From the IMG/VR virus record IMGVR_UViG_3300020049_015566: a stretch of 64,000 nucleotides of DNA, one strand, 5' to 3'. Shown piece by piece: positions 1-9,546 of the stretch (its first letter is position 1; every line of letters starts with the position of its first letter). The stretch comes from an uncultured virus (IMG/VR IMGVR_UViG_3300020049_015566) (lineage: Duplodnaviria > Heunggongvirae > Uroviricota > Caudoviricetes). A program made the translations under genes and the position numbers. The notes under the pieces were generated by a model. It did no database searches. It was not told the DNA's origin and saw only the letters and a program-made list of their open reading frames with translations.

Positions 1-1540
1 TTTGCAGGCTGGTTAGATAATTACGAACACCTGCCGCTTGCGCTGCAACAAGAGTTGCCGCAGTAGTTGTATTAGTGATGCCACCACTTGCCGCTGCGTA
101 TTGCCATTCATTTTCGGGGATGCTGTGTGAGCGGACGATCAGCTTACCGTCAACTGTGCCGATGGGGCGTACCACGCCACCGTTAGTAACAGAGTTTTTG
201 CGGGAAGTCCGGCTCTCAATGCCGATAGTTACTGGGTTTCCATTAACAGTGGAACCTTGCGCTGCTTGCCCCCAGACGGATATGGCCGCTGCCGAAGTGG
301 CATCTTCAAGGCTCAGTGTGTAAGCAACCGACACCGTTCCTGAGCCATACACAGACACACGAGCACGGAAGTATTTAGCGCGCTTGGGGAACTGTATTTG
401 TACAGTAGCCGTGGTAGCATCAGTCGTGATGGCCGCTAGAGTACCGTTGACGCTATAGTTTGTGTAGTTTCCCATCACTGGGTACCACACACTCTGATCG
501 TTACTGCACTCGTAAATGATCGTGCAGCTCGTCCCAGCATCAGTAACCTGTAGCAGCACCGACCGCCAGTTAGTCATGTCAGCCGTGAACAGCACGGAAG
601 CGGCTGCCGCAGACGCGGTGAATACCTCGCTGTCTTGCTCAGTGGCGAAGATCTGACCCAGTGCATCCATCCGGAGCGTGCGCTTAAACCCACTGAGGTC
701 CACACCGGCAACCCCTACGGGGTTCACGGTGGGGAGCTCCCCCACAGCCGACTTGCCGGCTACCACGACGACAGCATCAGTGGCGGGGGTGACAGATAAG
801 CTGGCAGCAGAGAGTTTTGCGCCGAGTGAAACTGGAAGTCCTGCTAATGCGGTCACTACATCGGTCAAGGTCTTCGAGCCTGACCCCTTGAGGTCGGTGA
901 CGGCATCGAAGATATTCTCCAGGGTCTTGGCGCCCAGTGCGGTGACAATGTCGGTCAAGGTCTTCGAGCCTGACCCCTTGAGGTCGGTGACGGCATCGAA
1001 GATATTCTCCAGGGTCTTGGTGCCCAGTGAGGTGACAATGTCGGTCAAGGTCTTGGATCCGGTACCCTTCAGGCTATCCACGGCATCCGTGGTAAGATCC
1101 GAAGCGGAAACCACATCAGTCAGGGTCTTGGATCCGGTACCCTTCAGGCTATCCACGGCATCCGTGGTAAGATCCGAAGCGGAGACCACATCGGTCAGGG
1201 TCTGGGCCCCAGTACCCTTCAGGCTGTCAACGGCATCCGTGGTAAGATCCGAAGCGGAAACCACATCAGTCAGGGTCTTGGACCCGGCACCTTTCAACCC
1301 CCCAACGGCATCAAAGATATCCCCCAGGGTCTTGCTTCCCAGAGAGGTGACGACGTCGGTCAAGGTCTTCGAGTCTGGGCCCTGGAGGTCAGTGACGGCA
1401 TCGAAGATATTCCCCAGGGTTTTGGTACCCAGCGAGGTGATGACATCCGCCAGGGATTTCCCGCCCCCCAGATTGGCGACGGTCTGATCGGAGGCAACCT
1501 CCGAACCGTCTGGGCGTTTTACCGGTATGAATCGAGCCAT
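1..1540 (-). CDS. Tail fibre / receptor-binding-like protein, 3'-truncated by the window edge (>513 aa), with internal 30-aa and 25-aa repeats
   Basis: Missing from the ORF track because it runs off the window. ATG at 1540 (MARFIPVKRPDGSEVASDQTVANLGGGKSLADV...) lies just after the stop of the upstream gene. The reads at both ends and through the repeat block stay in one open frame towards base 1. Repeats such as KTLTDIVTALGAKTLENIFDAVTDLKGSGS; located at the end of the tail module. Confidence 0.7.
   Translation of the reverse strand, partial: MARFIPVKRPDGSEVASDQTVANLGGGKSLADVITSLGTKTLGNIFDAVTDLQGPDSKTLTDVVTSLGSKTLGDIFDAVGGLKGAGSKTLTDVVSASDLTTDAVDSLKGTGAQTLTDVVSASDLTTDAVDSLKGTGSKTLTDVVSASDLTTDAVDSLKGTGSKTLTDIVTSLGTKTLENIFDAVTDLKGSGSKTLTDIVTALGAKTLENIFDAVTDLKGSGSKTLTDVVTALAGLPVSLGAKLSAASLSVTPATDAVVVVAGKSAVGELPTVNPVGVAGVDLSGFKRTLRMDALGQIFATEQDSEVFTASAAAASVLFTADMTNWRSVLLQVTDAGTSCTIIYECSNDQSVWYPVMGNYTNYSVNGTLAAITTDATTATVQIQFPKRAKYFRARVSVYGSGTVSVAYTLSLEDATSAAAISVWGQAAQGSTVNGNPVTIGIESRTSRKNSVTNGGVVRPIGTVDGKLIVRSHSIPENEWQYAAASGGITNTTTAATLVAAQAAGVRNYLTSLQ
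861..1460 (-). repeat. Coding tandem repeats with spacings 90,90,75,75,75,90,90 bp
   Basis: The anchor tcrgtcarggtct recurs at 861, 951, 1041, 1116, 1191, 1266, 1356 and degenerately at 1446. Confidence 0.85.
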
Positions 1541-1544
1541 TGTC

Positions 1545-2207
1545 TTAGACCTCCGTTATCGGCAGCCACATCAGGGAGGCTCCGTCGAAAAGATAGGTGG
1601 TGCGGAGGCCGTCGTTCGTCTCATCGGCTTCGACGATGAAATACTTAGCCGCTGTAAGTCCGGTAATATTGATCGCTGCGAAGGTCGGCACTACCTCCGC
1701 CAGCGGCCCATAAGGACCAACAGGGCCTTGAGGCCCAACGTCGCCCGGATCCCCCTTCAGGGAAGCCAACCACTCCTCCAAGGTCCCGGTAAACCCCTCC
1801 TGGACGGCCAGCTCATATGCGGACAGCCCATCCTGGAGGGCCAGGTAGTCCCGAAACCAGCTGAGGGGGGTTACCAGCGTGCGGTTACCGACCAGGACGT
1901 AGATCAGGTCGGTATCCCGCAGGATGGGCAGCTCCCCCACCGGCTCGGAGATTACTCGCGGGGTGTACAGGGGAAGCACAGCACCGAGCACCGACCCATA
2001 CTTGGGCTGGAACTTCAGGATAACCTCGGAGACGATACGGAAGTGGATCAGGCCTGAGTTGTCAGAGACCAACGTGTTCGAGATCGGCGTGTTGTTGAGG
2101 TCGAAGATCGCCGCCGGCGTGACCCCGTCCGCCAAGTACACCACGACCTGCTGGTTCGGCATCGGCCGCTGCTGGCTATCAAGGCAAGGGATTCGGAGCT
2201 CGAACAT
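1545..2207 (-). CDS. Tail fibre-associated protein with SAYE..WLASLKG motif and short collagen-like Gly-X-Y run
   Basis: GLSAYELAVQEGFTGTLEEWLASLKGDPGDVGPQGPVGP is a motif typical of phage fibre proteins. Start moved to ATG 2207, which has GGAGG upstream. Confidence 0.65.
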   Translation of the reverse strand: MFELRIPCLDSQQRPMPNQQVVVYLADGVTPAAIFDLNNTPISNTLVSDNSGLIHFRIVSEVILKFQPKYGSVLGAVLPLYTPRVISEPVGELPILRDTDLIYVLVGNRTLVTPLSWFRDYLALQDGLSAYELAVQEGFTGTLEEWLASLKGDPGDVGPQGPVGPYGPLAEVVPTFAAINITGLTAAKYFIVEADETNDGLRTTYLFDGASLMWLPITEV

Positions 2208-2260
2208 GGGTATCCTCCAGGTTCTGGACAGGATACCGTAAAGACAAAAATCGAACAAAT

Positions 2261-2286
2261 AAAAAACCCCGCCGAGGCGGGGTCTT
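2261..2286 (-). terminator. Rho-independent terminator
   Basis: Stem accccgc-cgag-gcggggt with an A-tract on the + strand (U-tract on -), just downstream of 2300..4648. Confidence 0.75.
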
Positions 2287-2299
2287 CTAACCTACGCGG

Positions 2300-4648
2300 T
2301 TAAGCGTTGGAGCTCAGCTTCTGGGCGGAGTATACCCACTTCGGGAAACCCCCCACCATCGTCCGACGGGCCTTGATGCTGAAGCTATCTCCCGGCACGA
2401 AGGGGCCGGTAGCGTTCAGCGTAATCTGCGCCAGGCTCCCCGTGATGACCGGATTACTCAGGACCAGGTCGGTAATGGAGTCTCCGCCACCCCCGATCAG
2501 GCTGACCAAGACCTCCCCCCCTTGGAACTGCCACGGGTTCGGGATGGCTGCCCCCACCGCCCCGCCCGTGCCAATACCAGTAATGTCCAACACCTGATAA
2601 GACGTCGAGGCATCCCGGTTTGCTTGATCCGTCCAGGTACCATCCGCCAGGGTGCGGATGTACATGTGGTCCTCGACCGGGATTGCCGTAATCTTCCAGC
2701 CGCCGAGACCGTCGAAGATGACCTCATAGACTGCCTTGAGGAAGCTCTTCTTCGGGATGATGATCGCTCCACCCCCCGCCTGGCTGGAGTAGTCGAACAC
2801 CACACGGTCTTCATCCCCCAGACCCGGACTGGACTTGAAGCGAACCAGGGTACGGGTCGGGATGAAACCACTGGCGGCGGCCAGACTGATGCGGGCCCCG
2901 TTCTCGTTGATTGTCAGCTCACGGTAGCCACCATCACCAGAGGCCCCGAACTCCAGGCTATAGGGGGTAACCGTGTGTCCTGCCGGGATGTCAATCGCCT
3001 CCACCACGAGGGAACCATAGGTACCCAGGCTGGTCACGGCAGCCTCCAGATCCCCGATACGGGTACCATGGTCGATCAGGGATGCCTCGGCGGTATCCAG
3101 ACGGCCATCAAGGGCGGTATCTGCCCCCTCCAGGGTAACCACAGCGGCGGCCAGGTCAGCAGCAACCTCGGCAGCCGTGACATCAGCCACACGGGTAACA
3201 ATGATTTTGCTCTCATTGTCATACAGCTGGGCGAAATCCCCCACCTGGGTGGTGGAGCCACCAAAACTGCCGGGAGCAGTGACCTCGAAGACATCCCCAT
3301 CCTGAGCTCCCATCGGGGGAATGGCAGAACCAGGGGCTCCGAAGCCAGTACGGCCGAACGCCTCCGAGGAGGGAGTATAGGTCAGGGAGCCATCAGCGAA
3401 GCTGACGGTGCTCGAGCCAGTAAAGGCCAGCAGGTGGACGATCTTGAACGTCTCACCCAAGGGCATGCCCGTCAGGTCGAGGGCATTGCCAACATTGACC
3501 GTGCCACCATCGCGCTGGTAGACCAAGGTCATGGTGGTGAAATCAATACCCCCCCCGATATTGCTGCCACCGGTGGCATTGACGTCGTTATCCATTCTGG
3601 TACTGCCGCCGACTCCGTTCGTGATGATACGGGTGCCGATACCGGACGCCCCAGGACCTTGGTGTGAGCTGAAGAGAATGGCTCCCCAAACCCCAGTGAC
3701 GGGGTCCTCCATAAACGACGCAATCACGTCGGCAATCGTCGCGCTCTCATTAACAATGGCAAAGCCTACCACGAACAGGTTATCACCACCGATATAATCG
3801 GGCTTAGTGAAGTCCGCCCAAAGGGTATCGGTACCAGAGACCGGCAGGCCGGATACACTTTCAGCTACCGCCCAGTAGATAGGGCCGGCACCCGTCAGGG
3901 TGGCATCGGGGGTCAGGGTGTATGCCGGAGCGGTCCCACCCAGGGTTGCACTCAACACCGTGGCGCCAGGCACAGCCGGGCTGATCGCCCCGGTCATATC
4001 CCAAGTACCCACCTCGAACGGACCCGAGGATCCGCCACCACCACCCAGCCAGTTACCGATCTGGACCCAGGAATCAGCCTGCTTCTGGTAGATATCCTGG
4101 CTGTCGGTATCACGATAGTAGTTATCGTTCTCACCCAGGATACCTGCCGGGGCGCCAGGGCCGGCCAGGAAGATCGAAGAGGCAGGCGCCGGGGTAGCCA
4201 GCCAGGAGCCTTCCAGGGTCCAGGAGCCTCCCTCCTTGTGGTACAGGTCACCGGTGTCGATGCGGAAGTAGTAATAACCGTCCACGCCGAACCCATCATC
4301 CGGGACAACCGTACCACGGGAGATCAGGGTGCCGGGAGTCGGGGCGCCGACGAGGCCACCGATCAAATCCCAGATGCCGGAGACCTTCTTCCACAGGTTC
4401 AGGCTGATGCGGTCGATGTAATAGAACCCATCAGAGCCCAGCTCACCACCCGGTTCGCCGTCGTCATCCAGGATCGTGGAGCCAACGCCATCCGCGCCGG
4501 AACCCAGGTTGCCGATCAAGCTCCAGATCGAGGAAGCCTTGAAGTAGACATCCTCGTTGGCGGTATTACGGTAGTGATCACCATCAACCCCGACCTCCGG
4601 GTCCGGTGCTCCGCTGTCGCTCAGAAAATTACCCGTGGTAAGAGCCAT
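2300..4648 (-). CDS. Tail fibre / minor tail protein (782 aa)
   Basis: Four N-terminal G-x-P-x4-G-x-DG-x-Y...Y-x-K...W repeats, Gly-rich body and a central coiled-coil segment; follows the J-like gene. Confidence 0.65.
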   Translation of the reverse strand: MALTTGNFLSDSGAPDPEVGVDGDHYRNTANEDVYFKASSIWSLIGNLGSGADGVGSTILDDDGEPGGELGSDGFYYIDRISLNLWKKVSGIWDLIGGLVGAPTPGTLISRGTVVPDDGFGVDGYYYFRIDTGDLYHKEGGSWTLEGSWLATPAPASSIFLAGPGAPAGILGENDNYYRDTDSQDIYQKQADSWVQIGNWLGGGGGSSGPFEVGTWDMTGAISPAVPGATVLSATLGGTAPAYTLTPDATLTGAGPIYWAVAESVSGLPVSGTDTLWADFTKPDYIGGDNLFVVGFAIVNESATIADVIASFMEDPVTGVWGAILFSSHQGPGASGIGTRIITNGVGGSTRMDNDVNATGGSNIGGGIDFTTMTLVYQRDGGTVNVGNALDLTGMPLGETFKIVHLLAFTGSSTVSFADGSLTYTPSSEAFGRTGFGAPGSAIPPMGAQDGDVFEVTAPGSFGGSTTQVGDFAQLYDNESKIIVTRVADVTAAEVAADLAAAVVTLEGADTALDGRLDTAEASLIDHGTRIGDLEAAVTSLGTYGSLVVEAIDIPAGHTVTPYSLEFGASGDGGYRELTINENGARISLAAASGFIPTRTLVRFKSSPGLGDEDRVVFDYSSQAGGGAIIIPKKSFLKAVYEVIFDGLGGWKITAIPVEDHMYIRTLADGTWTDQANRDASTSYQVLDITGIGTGGAVGAAIPNPWQFQGGEVLVSLIGGGGDSITDLVLSNPVITGSLAQITLNATGPFVPGDSFSIKARRTMVGGFPKWVYSAQKLSSNA

Positions 4649-4705
4649 GGTACTTCACCTCTCGTTTGTAGTGGTCAGTATTAAACCACAATGGGCTGCC
4701 GCCTG

Positions 4706-7690
4706 TTAAGCGGCAATATTCCCCTTGGTATTGATTGGATTGCTGCCGACCCAGGTGATAAATCGCCCGCCCGTAGCTGCCTGTCCCCGCTTGCCTGCGG
4801 TAGCCCCCCCATAATAGCTGAAGTAGAAGCCAAAACCAGGGGGAAAGTAAATAGACCCTTCACCATTATTAACCGGAACCCCCCCAGTCCCCAAGCCGAT
4901 CTTCGATCCCCCAGCCCCGCCCGCCAGGGAGCGAAGAATGGGTTTTGGGGTAAACCCGGCAGTGACGGAGACCTCCTGGGCGACTCCCCCCTCCCCCGGA
5001 GTCAATCGGGTCCCAGGACTACCATATGAACCTGGGAAGGGAACATTACTGGCGTCATCCCCCACATAGGAAAAGGTCGTCCCAACCTCCAGCAGTTCCG
5101 CCTGTGTTAAGCGACCGGCACGGCCTCCCTCGCCATAAGGCCAGCCGCCTCCGCCGCCTGCCCCGGGGAGGTAGCCGCCAGTTTGTCCCACTGTCCAGGC
5201 AACCCCACCTGTACTGGCTCCCCCCCCTGTGGCGCCAAAGACCTTGCCCAGGGGATGGGTGCTGAGGTCGATAACAACCGGACTCCTGGCGCGGATTGCC
5301 AGCCCGCCATCCTGACCGCAGGCCCGCTCCAAAGCACGCTGAGAGGTTCCCCAAGCCATATAGGCGATGAAGTTCGTACTGGCAGGCCGCACATGGATAT
5401 AGGCCGAACCCCCCTCTGCCCCACGACCGCCCCGGCCCGTGATAATCCCTTGACCAACGACTACCTTCGGCACGACCCCCTCCGGCCAGACGCCGGTATC
5501 CAAGCCGGGAGTAGAGACGCTCGTGCTGGAGATCAGAACGTCTCCCAGGATACGGAACTCTACGTTCAACCCCAAGTAGGGGACCCCAAAGCGGGCGAAA
5601 TACTCGTTGTAGAGATTGTAGTTGAACTGGTCCGAGGTGATGTTGATGATTCGGGTGTTGTTGATCACCAAGAGAGGGTGGTTGTACTTGTCGAGGCTCA
5701 CCTGCGAGCAGGAGACCTTCATCAACTCCGACCCACCAGTCTCAGCCGCCTCAACAGCCAGCACGCGGAAGGGCATCAACTTATGGTCCCCATCAAGCAG
5801 GGCGAACTGGGCTTCCGGAACGAGGTACTGAAGCAGCTCAGCGGGAGGCTCTCCGACAAAAGACAAGCGGTTGTCCCCACGAGACGCCACGAAGACGTCA
5901 GCCGTCACCAGCCCCAGATAACTCTGGATCTTGAGGGTCAACGGCGTAGTCGGGTCGAACTGCAACAGATCCCGCGTGTACAGATACGGCGCCTGGTACT
6001 TCTCGATACGGCCGGTCTGGAGTGACCAACCCATGTTGGGGTCCGCAAGCCAGATGATCTCATAGGGCTCCAGGGCTTGCCCCATCCGGGCGGTAGTGAA
6101 ACTCACCAGACAGGTCTCGAGATTGGCCGTCAGCATCCGCCACATGGCCCGACGGATCGCCTCATCCTCATTGGTGCAGCCCACGGCGACGAAGTCGAAA
6201 GGTATCCGGCCGTTCTTGCGGATCAGCTCCGGGTCATTGACGTTGCGACGGTCTTCGACAAACCCCAGGTCTGGGTTGAGGAAGGAGACCGTAATGTCGT
6301 TCACACGACTGGTGACATCGGTATAGCTGTACTGGAAGTGCTCGACCGTCACGCACTCCGGAGTGACAAGCAGGGTCGGCTCGACCCACTTGTCAACCTT
6401 CACCCGTAGGGAGCCGTTGCCGTCATCAAAGATCACGGCATCGAAGCTCCCGGCAACATACTCCAGCGTGCTGAAGCCCCCCTGCACCTCCCGCAGCTCC
6501 GCCGTGAAGGTATAGCGCTTCTGAACCTCACCGGCGCGGGTGGCAACGGACTCGTTGCAATACAGGGCTGCGGCATAGATATCAGCTTTGTTGACGGTCA
6601 GGCTTGGGGAATGCGCCGCTAGTCCATAGCGTGGATTGGTCGCCAAGTCATACAGCACCAGAGCGTTGTTGTTGGTCCACGAATCCTTCAGGGTCTCACC
6701 ATTCCAGGCGATCGGGGAGAAGGCCCCCAACCCTATCATGTCAGGGTTGTAGTTGTTTGGGACCTTCACGATCAGGCCTTTGACGATGCTCGTGAACTGC
6801 GGGATGCTATTGAACTGATCCGAGGATTTCCCGCTTACCCGGACCATCGCCAGGTTGCTATGCGTGAGGGTAGCCCCACCCGTAATCGACTGGAAGGACT
6901 GCCACTGGAACTCGGCCAGGTGCTTGGTGTGGGTCTCCGCCGGGTCGTAGTCAGGGCTGATCTTGGTGACACGGATCTCCCAGTCATCCGTCGGGTCGGG
7001 ATCCACGGTCGGTAGCGTGATGACGAAGTCATGCGCCCAGCCCGAGGAGGTCTTGCCCGTGATTCGCAGGCGCTGACTGACGCTATCCCAGTAAGGTAGA
7101 CCGTTCACAGGTTGGAGGTCCAGCGGGACTACCTTGGTATAGGTGACATCCGGAGCACGGGACTTCTTGTACTCGATATTGAAGAACAGGTCGTTGTTGA
7201 ACGTCCCGGAGTCGTTCTCGATGTAGAGCTGAGTAACGGCAAGGCGAACCTCGATCTTCTTGACCCTCCCGCGCAGTTCCGGAGGTGTCAGCCGACGCAA
7301 GGGTTCCTGCTTGGTACAGGTGACCCCGACCTCCGTGTTGTTGGACTGACCCCCGAAGGTCAGGGTTACCGTCTCGCCATCGCCACTACCGGGGAAGAAC
7401 TCTGCGGAAAGGTCCTGAAAATTGGCAACAGCCGGCTCCGCCCCACTCTTGAAGCGCTTGAGGGGAACATCCCCCACAAAGAAGCTGCGGAAGTCATAGG
7501 TGCTGGGGCTGGTCGGGGCCGGCAAAGGGTCGAGGCCTTCAGGCGTCACCAGCCCCAGTATCGGACCCTCCCCAAGCGCCAGCACCAGTTCAACCTTGTC
7601 ACGCGAGAACAGGTTGTCGGCAGTATTGGTTCGGGTAGGGGGCTTACCCCCACCACCGCCGACCAGGCGGGGCGCTTTACTCTGGGACAT
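4706..7690 (-). CDS. Central tail tip / host-specificity protein (lambda J-like)
   Basis: EGPILGL, KGLIVKVPNNY, WTNNNALVLYDLATNPRYGL, YCNESV and GCTNEDEAIRRAMW match J-family motifs; Gly-rich C-terminus. Confidence 0.85.
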   Translation of the reverse strand: MSQSKAPRLVGGGGGKPPTRTNTADNLFSRDKVELVLALGEGPILGLVTPEGLDPLPAPTSPSTYDFRSFFVGDVPLKRFKSGAEPAVANFQDLSAEFFPGSGDGETVTLTFGGQSNNTEVGVTCTKQEPLRRLTPPELRGRVKKIEVRLAVTQLYIENDSGTFNNDLFFNIEYKKSRAPDVTYTKVVPLDLQPVNGLPYWDSVSQRLRITGKTSSGWAHDFVITLPTVDPDPTDDWEIRVTKISPDYDPAETHTKHLAEFQWQSFQSITGGATLTHSNLAMVRVSGKSSDQFNSIPQFTSIVKGLIVKVPNNYNPDMIGLGAFSPIAWNGETLKDSWTNNNALVLYDLATNPRYGLAAHSPSLTVNKADIYAAALYCNESVATRAGEVQKRYTFTAELREVQGGFSTLEYVAGSFDAVIFDDGNGSLRVKVDKWVEPTLLVTPECVTVEHFQYSYTDVTSRVNDITVSFLNPDLGFVEDRRNVNDPELIRKNGRIPFDFVAVGCTNEDEAIRRAMWRMLTANLETCLVSFTTARMGQALEPYEIIWLADPNMGWSLQTGRIEKYQAPYLYTRDLLQFDPTTPLTLKIQSYLGLVTADVFVASRGDNRLSFVGEPPAELLQYLVPEAQFALLDGDHKLMPFRVLAVEAAETGGSELMKVSCSQVSLDKYNHPLLVINNTRIINITSDQFNYNLYNEYFARFGVPYLGLNVEFRILGDVLISSTSVSTPGLDTGVWPEGVVPKVVVGQGIITGRGGRGAEGGSAYIHVRPASTNFIAYMAWGTSQRALERACGQDGGLAIRARSPVVIDLSTHPLGKVFGATGGGASTGGVAWTVGQTGGYLPGAGGGGGWPYGEGGRAGRLTQAELLEVGTTFSYVGDDASNVPFPGSYGSPGTRLTPGEGGVAQEVSVTAGFTPKPILRSLAGGAGGSKIGLGTGGVPVNNGEGSIYFPPGFGFYFSYYGGATAGKRGQAATGGRFITWVGSNPINTKGNIAA

Positions 7691-8255
7691 AGTTCTCAGC
7701 ATCCACGTCGAATGTCAGGAAGTGGCCGCCCACCTTGATGGGTCCGCCATAAATCAGGGAAATGGGCGTCCCGGCGGAGACAGTATTGGCGGCGCCCGAG
7801 ATAAACCGGCTCTTCTTGTCCCCCGAGGTGGGGTCAGCCTTCGGGGCCTTTGCCAGATGCTGCATGATCCCCCCCAGCACCAGCGATACCCCGATGTTGA
7901 ATACCATGTTGTTCAGGAAGGCTCCCTCCTCCAGGAGCACCCCTGCGGCTCCCCCGGCGGTGAGCATGGCAAATCCGATGAGCAAGGCTCCAATTACGAT
8001 CTGCCGGGCGCTGCCCCCGCCTGCCCCCCCAAGCATCGGGGTGATCAGCATTTCAGACTTGCTCATCGGGGTATCCAGGGAGGCATAGCACTGAATGGCA
8101 TCAACCTTGACGTAATGGCGAACGCCACTCTCCGGCCGAAAGCCAACAAAGGTTGCCAGCAGCCCCAGGCACTCACGGGGGGTCCTTCCGGCAACGCGAA
8201 CCCCCTCGGGGTACAGCGCCTTCAGGTATCCCTCAAACTTGATCAGGACTGTCAT
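7677..8255 (-). CDS. Tail assembly protein (lambda I-like)
   Basis: PMLGGAGG hinge, hydrophobic segment and C-terminal ANTVSAGTPISLIYG motif; lies upstream of J. Confidence 0.8.
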   Translation of the reverse strand: MTVLIKFEGYLKALYPEGVRVAGRTPRECLGLLATFVGFRPESGVRHYVKVDAIQCYASLDTPMSKSEMLITPMLGGAGGGSARQIVIGALLIGFAMLTAGGAAGVLLEEGAFLNNMVFNIGVSLVLGGIMQHLAKAPKADPTSGDKKSRFISGAANTVSAGTPISLIYGGPIKVGGHFLTFDVDAENYVPE

Positions 8256-8577
8256 GAAGCAGCACCCTCCCGTCCTCTACCTGGTAGCAACGAATATCCC
8301 CATCAGGACCCACGATATAGTGCCACAGCCGGTGCAGTTGCAGAAAGAGGTGGAAGTCCTCAATTGACAGGTTCCCCGTGGTCCTCGGATGAGTATGCCA
8401 AGTGGCAACGGCCAAGGGATACCGGTGGAATTCCTCGACGTCGAACTCGAAGGCCTCCAGTGGATGGGGGTGGATATTGGTGAGTTCGATGACTGACCCG
8501 TTGTCCAGGATCAGTCCGCAGCGCTCACGGCCGGCGGCCCAGAGGCGACCCAGCTGGTCAATGATGGGATTTGACAT
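8233..8577 (-). CDS. JAB/MPN-domain tail assembly protein (N-terminal half of lambda K-like)
   Basis: ERCGLI...WHTHP...LSIED JAB metal-binding motif. Confidence 0.8.
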   Translation of the reverse strand: MSNPIIDQLGRLWAAGRERCGLILDNGSVIELTNIHPHPLEAFEFDVEEFHRYPLAVATWHTHPRTTGNLSIEDFHLFLQLHRLWHYIVGPDGDIRCYQVEDGRVLLHDSPDQV

Positions 8578-9059
8578 CAGTGATCAAACCTCATTCGTAA
8601 GTGGGGGGGAATCAGGGAGAGGAGGTCCAGGGACTCCCGGTTCTTCTGGTTGAACTCGGTAACATCCGGGTGCCGGACGACGTGTACCAGACGGTTCTTC
8701 CAGCGGACATCCAAGGCGTCATGACTGGACACCCGCTGGTAGAGGTGGTGCAGGAACATATCCCCCTGCGTGACGATGCCAATATGGTTGATCATGCGGG
8801 AGGCAACGGCGAATAGCAAACCATCGCCAGGTTCCAGCTCTGTCAGGGGGAGGTTGATCACGGAGAAACCCTCACGCCGGAAGTTCTCCTCGATCAGGTC
8901 CACCCCGTAGTGGTCGAAACCCACCGGTCGGGCGTAGTTCCGCAGGCGCATGCCAAAGTGCTCCTGGTAGATCCGGCGAACCAGGCCGTAACAGTCCTGC
9001 TGCCCATCAATATAGGGCAACCCCACGTAGGGGTTTACCCGCTCAATTAAGTTTGACAT
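8577..9059 (-). CDS. NlpC/P60 peptidase (C-terminal half of lambda K-like)
   Basis: YVGLPY..DCYGLVR...NHIGI...FLHH motifs; start moved to MSNLIERV. Confidence 0.85.
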   Translation of the reverse strand: MSNLIERVNPYVGLPYIDGQQDCYGLVRRIYQEHFGMRLRNYARPVGFDHYGVDLIEENFRREGFSVINLPLTELEPGDGLLFAVASRMINHIGIVTQGDMFLHHLYQRVSSHDALDVRWKNRLVHVVRHPDVTEFNQKNRESLDLLSLIPPHLRMRFDH

Positions 9060-9546
9060 AGGGGAACTCGGGGGGGAAGAACTGGCGGGCGGGGAGGTTG
9101 TAGTCATGCCGGTCCATAGGAGAGCGCAGCTCCAGCACGAGGTAGTCCCGATTCAAGCTGGCCACCTTGCCGATGTCCCAGAAGTTCGTCAGAAATGAGA
9201 CCGCCCCGGATTCCAGGTGTGCCCGCAAAACCCGGTATCGGCGAACCGTCCCAGAATAGATCTGGTTGGCCGAGATGGCATACGAGAAGATACCCTGGGG
9301 GTTCCCCAGCTTCAACTGAGGGCGAACCAGCTCCCCTCCGGTCTTGAGGGAGTCCCCGCTGAGTTCCAGGGGGAAGTTCAACCACTTCTGGCCGTTCCAC
9401 TCAATATCCGGGTGTGTAGTCAGGAACAAACGGGTGGCCTGCACCGTCGGGTTCACCCGGATATCAAAAAAGTCCACATAGGGACTGGGTTGCAACAGTC
9501 GAGACTGACGAAGGTGTTCGTCCAGATTTTCGCCATTGAGCATCAC
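9043..9546 (-). CDS. Minor tail protein (lambda L-like)
   Basis: IEWNGQKWLNFPLELSG...RPQLKLGN...LELRSPMD; gene order L-K-I-J. Confidence 0.7.
   Translation of the reverse strand: MMLNGENLDEHLRQSRLLQPSPYVDFFDIRVNPTVQATRLFLTTHPDIEWNGQKWLNFPLELSGDSLKTGGELVRPQLKLGNPQGIFSYAISANQIYSGTVRRYRVLRAHLESGAVSFLTNFWDIGKVASLNRDYLVLELRSPMDRHDYNLPARQFFPPEFPYVKLN

Noticed and set aside
8233..9059. Split of the lambda K-like gene into JAB and NlpC/P60 ORFs as a novelty
   Set aside because: Separate JAB and NlpC/P60 tail genes are common in siphophages.
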